Shown here piece by piece: positions 1 through 8,830 of a DNA stretch of 64,000 bases (the stretch's first letter is position 1; the number at the start of each line of letters is the position of its first letter). This DNA is from Promethearchaeota archaeon (GTDB lineage Archaea > Asgardarchaeota > Lokiarchaeia > Sigyniarchaeales > SOKP01). The notes under the pieces are model-generated. The model was not told the origin of the DNA and did no database searches. It worked only from the letters and a program-made list of their open reading frames with translations. The stretch spans positions 384,001-448,000 of the forward strand of contig JBHLOY010000003.1 in NCBI GenBank assembly GCA_048939995.1. The letters run 5' to 3'. Made by a program: the position numbers and the translations under genes.

Positions 1-2720
1 GTTTTTTTATCTAATACCTGAACTGTAGCTTTTATTTCATTAATGGGAGGTACCTCTAATAAGTTAACAATTTCTGCACTTTTAAAATTCACTTGCTCAC
101 AAAATCTGAGGGTAGCTTTCTCATAGTTTGGAGATATGTTATAAAGTCTAATAATTAAATAATTACCTTCTTCAGATCTTTTCAAAATACTTAATACTAT
201 CTTATTATTATCAATTTTTAAAAAGCTTAGTTCAAGAGGTAAAACAGGCTCTACAGGTTTATCTTCTGCCAAACCAAAACCAACAATTCGATGAGTAGGA
301 AAAAGTACTGTTTTATTAAGCATTCTAAAGGGTAATTTAAGCATATTTAAAAATAATACTTTAAAGGGATTATTGAACTCCTTTCCTTTAACATGAATTT
401 CTGATTCTAGCCAACCACTCTTATTCTCTTCAATAATTAATGATAAATCAAATGAATGCTTTCCAAGACATTGTGCTTCTGGAGTATTGAATGCGGGACC
501 AGCCATATCTCTTCGAGTAACAAAATCATCCCTAGAAAGCCATTCAATACAACGTAAAATAGTTATCGCTAGACTTATTGTCCCATCTGGGTTTTTAATG
601 GTTTCATATTCAGGTAATCCTTTATTCAATATAGCAAATGTTCGTAATCTATCATTTACTGATATAAAATCTTTTTGATGATTAGTAGGGCGAGGATTTT
701 GATACCAATTATCGACTTTCGGTATCTCCACATTTCTAGATATAATATAGAAATGTCCATCACAGTCTACTTTTTCAGATTCAATTCCTGTAGGGAATAA
801 CACTCTAATCCGATGATCTTTACTTTTATTCTCTAATTCGAGTTTAAAGTCTATACGCTTAATTTCCTTATATAGCGTAATGTAAATAGTGATTAAATTT
901 GAAACTAAAACAGGTTCTCTATTAAACCTATCTTCCGAAAGGGATTCTGGTAAATTTAAATTGAGATCTAACTTTATAGTTTTTTGTGTAGATCCATCAA
1001 TATATGGCTTAATCCCTAAAAAATTCAAATCCTCAGAAGTATATATAAGATCTGTTTGATTTTCATTTGGACCTGAAAAATCATACTCATCGCCCCAATC
1101 TCCAACATCCTCAAACAAGAAAATTTTTTCATACCATTTCTTAGCTTTTTTATCATAAACATCTATCATTCCATTTAAATTTACTTTCACAAGGAAAAAT
1201 TGATTTTCTAAAGTGTTTTGGGTCATTTTAAAATCTTTATCTTCCTTTGGAAAGGTTTTAGCTTTCTTTCCAGGAACTAAATAATAAATTTTATACCCTA
1301 ATGCTGGCATCTCAGCTAAAAAACAACATAAATAACTTGTACTTGACATGCTCTTAAATCTTGGTTCTTCTTCCACTCTAATATATTGATATTCTATTTC
1401 TTCTCCATTTGTATCAATTACTTTAAAATTAGTAGAGGTTTTGTACCCAAAGAATTCAGTTATAAAATTAAATTCAACTAAATCTTTTCGCTCCCACGGC
1501 AAGGGATTAAATACAAAAAGAGGAATTTTTGTCCAACTTTTCTTAAATCCTATTAGCCTTATTAAATATAGAAAAGAGTTCTTAATGATCTCATTTCCTA
1601 TTTGTTCTGCCCAATCAAAACGAGTACTCATCTCATTATGAACCTGATCAATTGAACAACCACAAATACTATCATGAGGATGATTCTTAATTAACCATTT
1701 AAATCCAACTTGAATATATGAAGCAGGATAAGGGAACTCATGGTATTTATCAAGAATCCATGTGATTGTAGAAAATGGTTCCGTATACTTCTCAAATAAG
1801 TATTCTATTTTAGTATTTCTTTGTTTTATCCACATCCTTGTTGAAAGTATGCTAGCAATAATATTTGAGTATTTACCTCCTCTTAATTCTCCTTGATAGG
1901 ATTTTAATTGAGGTTTGCATTCTAGCACTTTACTGATATAATATTCAAAATCATTTTGTTCCATAATTTTATCGGGGTATTTTTTATTCCAACGGCTTAT
2001 AATTTCTGGAAGTTCTGGATGTGCTTCATGATGATCTGAACCACTATTTAGTAGAACTATGGGAGTAGCAGTGTAATTTTCTAATTTGGAGACAACTTCC
2101 TTTAATTTATTTAATACTCTAATATAATCTCCACTTTTATCTGAAAAGTTTAAATCTGCAACTGAACCATAGCCCAAGATTAAATGAATAGCTAAAATAG
2201 AAGCAGCACTTCCTGGTGATTTCCAAATAAATTCCATATTTAATTTCTGAGTTTCAAACTCATCACCAAAACCACGTTGAAAAATAATTGATGGTAGTTC
2301 AAATCCTTTCAGAATCTGAGGTAATTGAGCAATGTGTCCAAAAGGATCGGGAATGTAGCCTGCTTTCATAACTCTCCCATAACTTCTAGAGATTTGATGT
2401 CCTATCATTAAATTTCTTATCAAAGATTCTCCGCTGATTAAAAATTCATCTGGTAAGACATAACTGGGACCAATTGAAAGTCTCTTTTCCTTTACATATT
2501 TTACTATTTCTTCTTTTTTTTCAGGTCGAACCTCGAGATAATCTTCAAGGGGGATAACTTGTCCATCAAGTGTAAAATTAGTGTAATTTGGATCTTGTTT
2601 CAAAACATCTAAGAGCTTATCCATCATAATAACTAACCGTGCTCTATATTCTTGAAACGGAAGATACCATTCACGATCCCAATGAGTTTCTGGAACAATT
2701 ATTATATTTTTTGAATCCAT
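1..2720 (-). CDS. Glycoside hydrolase family 38 alpha-mannosidase (3' end outside window; absent from ORF track)
   Basis: Manual translation from ATG at 2720: MDSKNIIIVPETHWDREWYLPF...FTLDGQ...YVLPDEFLISGESLIRN...GYIPDPFGHIAQLPQI, which are GH38 N-terminal motifs. The same frame is still open at the window edge. Confidence 0.93.
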   Translation of the reverse strand, partial: MDSKNIIIVPETHWDREWYLPFQEYRARLVIMMDKLLDVLKQDPNYTNFTLDGQVIPLEDYLEVRPEKKEEIVKYVKEKRLSIGPSYVLPDEFLISGESLIRNLMIGHQISRSYGRVMKAGYIPDPFGHIAQLPQILKGFELPSIIFQRGFGDEFETQKLNMEFIWKSPGSAASILAIHLILGYGSVADLNFSDKSGDYIRVLNKLKEVVSKLENYTATPIVLLNSGSDHHEAHPELPEIISRWNKKYPDKIMEQNDFEYYISKVLECKPQLKSYQGELRGGKYSNIIASILSTRMWIKQRNTKIEYLFEKYTEPFSTITWILDKYHEFPYPASYIQVGFKWLIKNHPHDSICGCSIDQVHNEMSTRFDWAEQIGNEIIKNSFLYLIRLIGFKKSWTKIPLFVFNPLPWERKDLVEFNFITEFFGYKTSTNFKVIDTNGEEIEYQYIRVEEEPRFKSMSSTSYLCCFLAEMPALGYKIYYLVPGKKAKTFPKEDKDFKMTQNTLENQFFLVKVNLNGMIDVYDKKAKKWYEKIFLFEDVGDWGDEYDFSGPNENQTDLIYTSEDLNFLGIKPYIDGSTQKTIKLDLNLNLPESLSEDRFNREPVLVSNLITIYITLYKEIKRIDFKLELENKSKDHRIRVLFPTGIESEKVDCDGHFYIISRNVEIPKVDNWYQNPRPTNHQKDFISVNDRLRTFAILNKGLPEYETIKNPDGTISLAITILRCIEWLSRDDFVTRRDMAGPAFNTPEAQCLGKHSFDLSLIIEENKSGWLESEIHVKGKEFNNPFKVLFLNMLKLPFRMLNKTVLFPTHRIVGFGLAEDKPVEPVLPLELSFLKIDNNKIVLSILKRSEEGNYLIIRLYNISPNYEKATLRFCEQVNFKSAEIVNLLEVPPINEIKATVQVLDKK

Positions 2721-2786
2721 AAAAATACTCCATTATGCTTCAATTATAATCTAATATATTTTGAATAATTTTAAAAGATGAATGAA

Positions 2787-4292
2787 TCATCTTAATACAG
2801 ATTCACCTACGACAGATTTGTCTGGGTTTAATCCCAATAAATCTAACAAAGTAGGGACCATATCTGTTGTCTTACAATACTGCAAGTTAATTGAAGGTAT
2901 ATTCTCTGCTCCTCCTATTATAAAAGGCACAATCATAGAACTTCTTAGCCCAATATCATGAGAGAATGGAGAATTACTTCTGGTCTTACCATGTTCATAA
3001 TTAAATCCATGAGTACCAAGGGTAGAAACAATTATATCACAAGATCTTGGATTTTTAAAATAGCGAGGGATTTGATCAACCACTAGTGGAAAATCTATCT
3101 CGTTTGTTAATAGCAACCACTCATCAATTGAATAATATTTGCTTTGATTTACTTTGTTTTCATAATTGAAAATATCATCCCCGTTATAACTATACATAGT
3201 TTTTTGATTTTTTCCATAACCTCGATATTCTATAGTTGCTCTAGAAATAACCTTACTTTTTTCATTCTTTTTGAGTATATGAATTTTCCCATTATCCGAT
3301 TCAGCATCATCATCTCTGTAATACATCATTTTAACTCCTTGTATCTTCCAGAGTGTCTCAAATAAATTTACTTTTCTTTTCCCTTTTCCACTTATTTTAT
3401 AGTTCTTAAGTAATTTAGTAGTGGGATGATGATACCAATCTTCACCTCGAAAATTGAAGAAACCCATCGATCCAAAATTTGCGTCAAAGTCTCCTGTACC
3501 ATTTTGAGGATTATATGGAATAAGACCATTATAATCGAAAAAGGGCTCAAGATCTATGACATTTTCAGCTTTAAAATTGCCATGATCTGTAATTATACCA
3601 ATTGCTGTAGTATCATCGTAACCTGTTTCTTTTAATGTCTGTATGAGAGAACCAATATATTCATCACATTCAATTAATAAATTAATATAATCAGGATGAC
3701 TAAATCCCTTTTCATGCATAATATCATCAATATGAGGGATATAACCCACACTTATTATTGGAACATCTTTATCTTCAAAATAATGACTTGGATTTCTATA
3801 TGCTCTCTCAATATGCTGAATTATAGGATGTACTTTATGATAATCTTCGGAAACCGCAAAATATGACCCTCTGTGTAGAAAGCTCATAGCACTGAGAAAA
3901 TTTGCTTCCCCTGCTTGTTCAAAGATAGTTTTAACGTTCTTTCCTATATCCTTATTTATTCTTAATAAATCACTTCCATTCCCGTAATTACGATAAAATG
4001 GCCACTTCTTATCTTTAGAAGGAGGATCCTTTCTGTTTAACCAATGATAAAGGGGAACAGCGCTACCTTCTTTAGGGAAATAATCTGAATAAGCCCCCGT
4101 AATAATATTACTATAACAAGGAAAAGTTATACTTGGATAGGATGTGATGCAATTTTTACATACAATCCCACTTTCAGCAAGTTTTGATAAATTAGGAAGT
4201 CTATTTTTTCCCATTAAATCAAAAAAGTGAGAAGAACGAATATCATCAAGAATTATAAGAATTATTTGATTAACTTTTGATTTTTTGCTCAT
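2787..4292 (-). CDS. Alkaline phosphatase superfamily / nucleotide pyrophosphatase-phosphodiesterase
   Basis: IILDD, YPSITFP nucleophile motif, DDIMH, TDHG, SHD, DMVPTLL. Confidence 0.85.
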   Translation of the reverse strand: MSKKSKVNQIILIILDDIRSSHFFDLMGKNRLPNLSKLAESGIVCKNCITSYPSITFPCYSNIITGAYSDYFPKEGSAVPLYHWLNRKDPPSKDKKWPFYRNYGNGSDLLRINKDIGKNVKTIFEQAGEANFLSAMSFLHRGSYFAVSEDYHKVHPIIQHIERAYRNPSHYFEDKDVPIISVGYIPHIDDIMHEKGFSHPDYINLLIECDEYIGSLIQTLKETGYDDTTAIGIITDHGNFKAENVIDLEPFFDYNGLIPYNPQNGTGDFDANFGSMGFFNFRGEDWYHHPTTKLLKNYKISGKGKRKVNLFETLWKIQGVKMMYYRDDDAESDNGKIHILKKNEKSKVISRATIEYRGYGKNQKTMYSYNGDDIFNYENKVNQSKYYSIDEWLLLTNEIDFPLVVDQIPRYFKNPRSCDIIVSTLGTHGFNYEHGKTRSNSPFSHDIGLRSSMIVPFIIGGAENIPSINLQYCKTTDMVPTLLDLLGLNPDKSVVGESVLR

Positions 4293-4437
4293 AATTTATT
4301 TTAATTTTTTAAACATCTAAAATTTGCAACCAGTTAATAAGTTTGTTAAAATAATATAAAACAAATAAAATAAGTTAGGAAATAAATAAAATGTAATTAA
4401 AAATGATTAAAAAGCATCAAAATCCTGAATAATAGAT

Positions 4438-5649
4438 ATGTTTGATATTAAAGAGCCCAAAATTTATTTTAAAAGTTCAGAATCAATGGAAGAAGTTAAA
4501 GATAATTCAATTCAGTTAATTCTAACTTCTCCTCCTTATGGTAAAATAAAGGATTATGGTGCTAAAATTCAGATTGGGTTCACTGACTCCTTTAAAGAAT
4601 ATTTTCAAAGACTAAGAAATGTATGGACAGAATGTTATCGGATTTTAGAACCGCAATGTAGAATGGTAATTAATGTGGGAGACCAGTATCTAAGAGCCGC
4701 AGAATATGGGAGATACCGAATTTTATCGATTGCTAGTAAAATAATTGAGGATTGCCAAAAAATTGGTTTTGATTATCTTGGGGATATCATATGGCAAAAA
4801 GTCAGTACAACTAATACAACAGGGGGATGTTCTCTAATGGGCTCAATATATTACCCTCGTAATGGATTATTAACATATGACTATGAACATATACTTATCT
4901 TTAAAAAACCTCACGGAAGAGGAAGAAAAGTAGATACTATGATAAAAGAAATGTCCAAAATATCGCTTAGTGAATGGAAAAGATGGTTTGTCGGGCACTG
5001 GAACTTTCCAGGAATTTTACAAAAAGAACATATTGCTATGTTCCCTGAAGAATTACCCCAAAGATTGATACGGATGTTTACATTTATTGGAGATACGGTA
5101 TTAGATCCCTTTGTAGGCTCGGGAACAACATTAAAAATCGCAAAATCTTTATTTCGAAAGAGTGTTGGATATGAAATCAATACTGAGTTCCGCCCTATTA
5201 TCCTGAATAAGGTAAAGGAAGCACATATTGGTTACTTCAAAGATTATCAATATCTTCTATATATATTATTTACTAAATCTCAAGGATCTAGTGATTTTAA
5301 AATTCTCTACCAAGAACAAAAAAAGAAAGGGATTATTGCCCTTCAAAATGAAAGTGATAAAAAAATTGTATTGGATTATCTGTCCTTGGAGAGTTTTAAT
5401 CCAAATAAAGAAGAAATCAAGAGGGAGGTTGGTGCTAAACTGGAAGAAAACACCGTAAGAAATTTTTTAAATAAAAAACCTGACTGGGATAAATTCTCTG
5501 ATTATATAATCATTATTAATTCGACTCAAACAATTTTTCAAAAAATTCAAGATTATTTTAATAAGCATGAGTCTAAAAAATTAATACACCTACTGCAATT
5601 TCGAGAGATACTATCTAAAGAATATGATTTTACTAATCTATTTATTTAG
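4438..5649 (+). CDS. Beta-class amino-DNA methyltransferase (probably m4C) with C-terminal extension
   Basis: Catalytic TSPPY precedes the SAM-binding motif VLDPFVGSGTT; HIAMFPEELP. Confidence 0.9.
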   Translation: MFDIKEPKIYFKSSESMEEVKDNSIQLILTSPPYGKIKDYGAKIQIGFTDSFKEYFQRLRNVWTECYRILEPQCRMVINVGDQYLRAAEYGRYRILSIASKIIEDCQKIGFDYLGDIIWQKVSTTNTTGGCSLMGSIYYPRNGLLTYDYEHILIFKKPHGRGRKVDTMIKEMSKISLSEWKRWFVGHWNFPGILQKEHIAMFPEELPQRLIRMFTFIGDTVLDPFVGSGTTLKIAKSLFRKSVGYEINTEFRPIILNKVKEAHIGYFKDYQYLLYILFTKSQGSSDFKILYQEQKKKGIIALQNESDKKIVLDYLSLESFNPNKEEIKREVGAKLEENTVRNFLNKKPDWDKFSDYIIIINSTQTIFQKIQDYFNKHESKKLIHLLQFREILSKEYDFTNLFI

Positions 5650-5663
5650 AATAGACGATTAAT

Positions 5664-6146
5664 TTGCTTATGAGAACATTAGATATTCCCAACTATGGTA
5701 AAATCACAATTAAAAATATAGTTTTTGATGTTAATGGTACTATTCAATTTAAAGGACGTATTTCTAAAAAATTCATTAAATACATCAAAGATTTAAAAAG
5801 ATTTTATGAAATCTACTTGATATCTGCTGATACACGAGGAAATTTAAGGCATCTTGCTGAAAAATTGCATGTAAATTACCTTAGAATTTTCTCAGTCGAA
5901 ACATCAGAAGCAGAAGCCAAGAATAATGAATTATTAAAATTAGGTAAAGATATAACCGTTGCAATAGGAAATGGAAATAATGATTATCTAATGTTAAAAA
6001 ATGCAATTATTGGAATTGCAATCTTAGGCGAAGAGGGCTCAACAAAGAATGCTATACTAAATAGTGATGTAATTTTGACAAATGTTATTGATGCAATTAA
6101 TTTCTTATTAGATGAAAAAACTATGATTGCAACACTTAGAGCCTAG
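5664..6146 (+). CDS. HAD-family hydrolase (soluble P-type ATPase-like)
   Basis: FDVNGT, SADT and AIGNGNND motifs. Confidence 0.85.
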   Translation: MLMRTLDIPNYGKITIKNIVFDVNGTIQFKGRISKKFIKYIKDLKRFYEIYLISADTRGNLRHLAEKLHVNYLRIFSVETSEAEAKNNELLKLGKDITVAIGNGNNDYLMLKNAIIGIAILGEEGSTKNAILNSDVILTNVIDAINFLLDEKTMIATLRA

Positions 6147-6157
6147 AAAATAGTAAA

Positions 6158-6230
6158 ATCCTCACTCGCACAGAGTATTCATCAAATAACTTTCAAATCT
6201 GACTTTTTTATTTGAATCATTATTTCGGAT
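6158..6230 (-). promoter_or_regulatory. Putative eukaryote-type SECIS element in the 3' UTR of the 6231-7160 gene
   Basis: Minus-strand RNA AUCCGAAAUA-AUGAU-UCAAAUAA-AAAAG-UCAGAUUUGA-AAG-UUAUUUGA-UGAA-UACUCUGUGCGAGUGA-GGAU. It has an AUGA/GA core, a perfect 8-bp helix II, unpaired apical adenines and a mini-helix. Confidence 0.75.
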
Positions 6231-7160
6231 TTACTTTTGAGTACAATCAACTCCTTCTTGCAGATTTATTTTTAAAAATGCTTCCTCTTGTTGATTTCTT
6301 TGCGCTGATTTAATTGACCTATTAACTTGGGCAAGATATTTTATCGCATTAACTTTTCCTTCTTTAATATTCTGAATTAACTCTTCTTTACTTGATCCCC
6401 CAGATATAGTCAATGCTGTTTGAAATGAATGATCAGGAGTTAATGTTTGAAATTTAATTTGTAATGCAGATAAAACTTCTCCCTCTCTTTCATAAATTCT
6501 GTTTGATAAATCAAGTTTTGTATTGTCAATCTTGAAATCCTTAGTTAAACAAGTTTCAAAGTTTGTTGATCGTGAGATCGGTGAGAAACCTGCGTATAAT
6601 CCTGTATTATCATATTGGTATATGATATCATTTTCATCATCATACCCTGAAAAGTCGTTATCAAATCCCTCTAGACCATTAATATCAAAGTCAAATACAA
6701 AATACATCGAAAAGTCAATTAAATCGTAATCTGATATATTTTTTAGTGTAAAAAATGTGTTAATATACGGAACTTTTGGACGATTAAATACGTCGATGTA
6801 CAAACGGATTAGAGAATGTTGTTTCTTAACTTTTAATGTTTCCATTTTTCCCTCTTTCATTAGCTTCATCAAATATTCCTTGATATCAAAATCAAGAGTA
6901 ATTCTATCAATTAGAGTCCCAGTTCGCGTGTTAACCATCTTATATATAGGAGTAGGTTCTATGTTTTTCAAAATAATAGGAATAACACCTACTTTTTTCC
7001 CTGTTAATTTGAAGCTAAACCATGGACCAGCCATTTCCTGCTGTGTCAAGAATAACAAATGCTTCCCTTTATACGTCAATTCTTTGATTGAAAATCCCAT
7101 AAGATACCCTGCTGTATTTCAAGTTGCAAAAATCTCGTTGAAGGCTACCTTTAGAACTAT
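6231..7160 (-). CDS. Uncharacterised protein, putative selenoprotein (309 aa; Sec14 at TGA 7121-7119; ATA start). The ORF track calls only 6231-7100.
   Basis: SD AGGAGGTCAT, 6 nt, then ATA. In-frame (M)VLKVAFNEIFAT-TGA-NTAGYL-MGFSIK continues into the 289-aa ORF, and a SECIS-like hairpin follows the stop. The CDS body is well supported; the extension is inferred. Confidence 0.72.
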
Positions 7161-7261
7161 TTTTCTATGACCTCCTTGACATTTTAATTTTTTTTTTTCA
7201 TAAATTATTTGCTCTAATTTTAATTAATTAAGCCGTTTAAAAAATTTTATAGATTATCTAA

Positions 7262-8236
7262 TTAAATCTTCTCTATAAATCTATAAGCAATATATAAGAA
7301 TGCCTCGTTTACATTCTCACCTGTCTTAGCAGAAGTAAGAATATAATGAAGATCTAACTCTTTTGATACAATTTTAAACTGTTCCTCTGTAATAGCAATT
7401 TGATTCTGTAAATCTGACTTGTTTCCTACTATTACAATTGGGATGTGATCTGGAACTGACTCTTTTATATCATTATGCCAGAATTTTATGCTTTCTAAAT
7501 GACTTCGAGTTCTATCAACTACTATAAATGCCGCATTTGCCCCATCATAGAATCGTTGTCTATAAGGTCGAATTTGACCAACCTGTCCACCGATGTCCCA
7601 GAGTACGAAATTTAATTGGGTATCTTCATCCATAATTATTGACTTTTTCGAGATTTCTACTCCGATTGTGCTTATATAGCTTTCTTTAAAACTATTCTCG
7701 ACAAATCTTTTTATTAGGGAAGTTTTACCAACTTTAAAATCTCCAGTTAGAATAACTTTAGATGTAAATTTTCCTTTCGGTAATTTTCCTTCTCTTCTTT
7801 TAGATAAAACCCTTATAATTTCGGGAATTTCTATTGAAACATTATCATTTCCTTCTAATAACATTTCAATTTTGCTAGCGATGTGTTCAGAGTAAACTTT
7901 TAACTCAACATCAGAAGTGGAAGGATCAGCAATAGTAGTTAGGATTGAATGATGCCCCATTGAACAGTATGCAAATTTTCTGTTTTGCAGTGAGGTAATA
8001 TTAAAAAAATTACTTTGGGTCTTGTATTCACTTTTTATTCGATCAATATATATATCTAAAAATGCTGAAATTGCTCCGATAATGGAGTCAGAATCTTCAT
8101 TTTCCTTCTCCTTGCTTTCAGAAGCTATTATGAAGCCATCTCTGTCACATAATGCAACAGCTGCAGCACCATCCACTTCATCCATATAATTTTTCAATAA
8201 TGAAGTAATACGGCTAATGTTGGGAAGGTGTTCCAT
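7262..8236 (-). CDS. Roadblock/LC7-like domain fused to Rab-like small GTPase
   Basis: N-terminal VDGAAAVALCDRDGFIIAS roadblock pattern; G1 GDFKVGKTS, G2 STIGVE, G3 WDIGGQ, G4 NKSD, G5 TSAK. Confidence 0.92.
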   Translation of the reverse strand: MEHLPNISRITSLLKNYMDEVDGAAAVALCDRDGFIIASESKEKENEDSDSIIGAISAFLDIYIDRIKSEYKTQSNFFNITSLQNRKFAYCSMGHHSILTTIADPSTSDVELKVYSEHIASKIEMLLEGNDNVSIEIPEIIRVLSKRREGKLPKGKFTSKVILTGDFKVGKTSLIKRFVENSFKESYISTIGVEISKKSIIMDEDTQLNFVLWDIGGQVGQIRPYRQRFYDGANAAFIVVDRTRSHLESIKFWHNDIKESVPDHIPIVIVGNKSDLQNQIAITEEQFKIVSKELDLHYILTSAKTGENVNEAFLYIAYRFIEKI

Positions 8237-8391
8237 TGAGGCTTCACTCTTTAAATTATGTACTTACAAATAATATATGTTTACTTAATATAAATATAGG
8301 TACTAGAAAAATATTAAATTCATTATCTTAATCTATCTGAATATCCTCGTAATATAGCGTTTTTTATTTTTTAATTAGGGTTAATACCTCC

Positions 8392-8541
8392 ATGGTCAAG
8401 AATAAGATACAGGAACATGAAGAAAATATCGCTAAAATATTAGATCGCGTAATTTCCTTCTGTAAGCAGTCGGGATTTATAGATTTAGCACAAAAAGGGG
8501 AATATACTTTAAGAAAGTATTCCAACTCAAAAAAACAATAA
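8392..8541 (+). CDS. Small helical protein, 49 aa (paralog of 8634-8807)
   Basis: Manual translation MVKNKIQEHEENIAKILDRVISFCKQSGFIDLAQKGEYTLRKYSNSKKQ; aligns without gaps to the next ORF. Confidence 0.65.
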   Translation: MVKNKIQEHEENIAKILDRVISFCKQSGFIDLAQKGEYTLRKYSNSKKQ

Positions 8542-8633
8542 GATAATGTGTTCTCATTACCACTATTGTATATTCTAGTAGTTATATCACCATATTATAA
8601 TCCTTTTTAATTAAATTACTTTTTTCTTAATTT

Positions 8634-8807
8634 ATGACGGAAAATGTTAAGCTAAACTATGATATAGCAGATGAAGCAGAAATTATCCAAGTATTTGATC
8701 GCGCAGTGAAATTATTTGAAAAAACAGGTTTATATGATTTAGCTGAAAAATGGAGCAGAATTTTAAAAACTTACACGAATCGAGAACATATAAGTGATCT
8801 AATTTAA
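8634..8807 (+). CDS. Small helical protein, 57 aa (paralog of 8392-8541)
   Basis: Manual translation MTENVKLNYDIADEAEIIQVFDRAVKLFEKTGLYDLAEKWSRILKTYTNREHISDLI. Confidence 0.7.
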   Translation: MTENVKLNYDIADEAEIIQVFDRAVKLFEKTGLYDLAEKWSRILKTYTNREHISDLI

Positions 8808-8830
8808 GATTTTTTTTCCATAAGGTCAAT

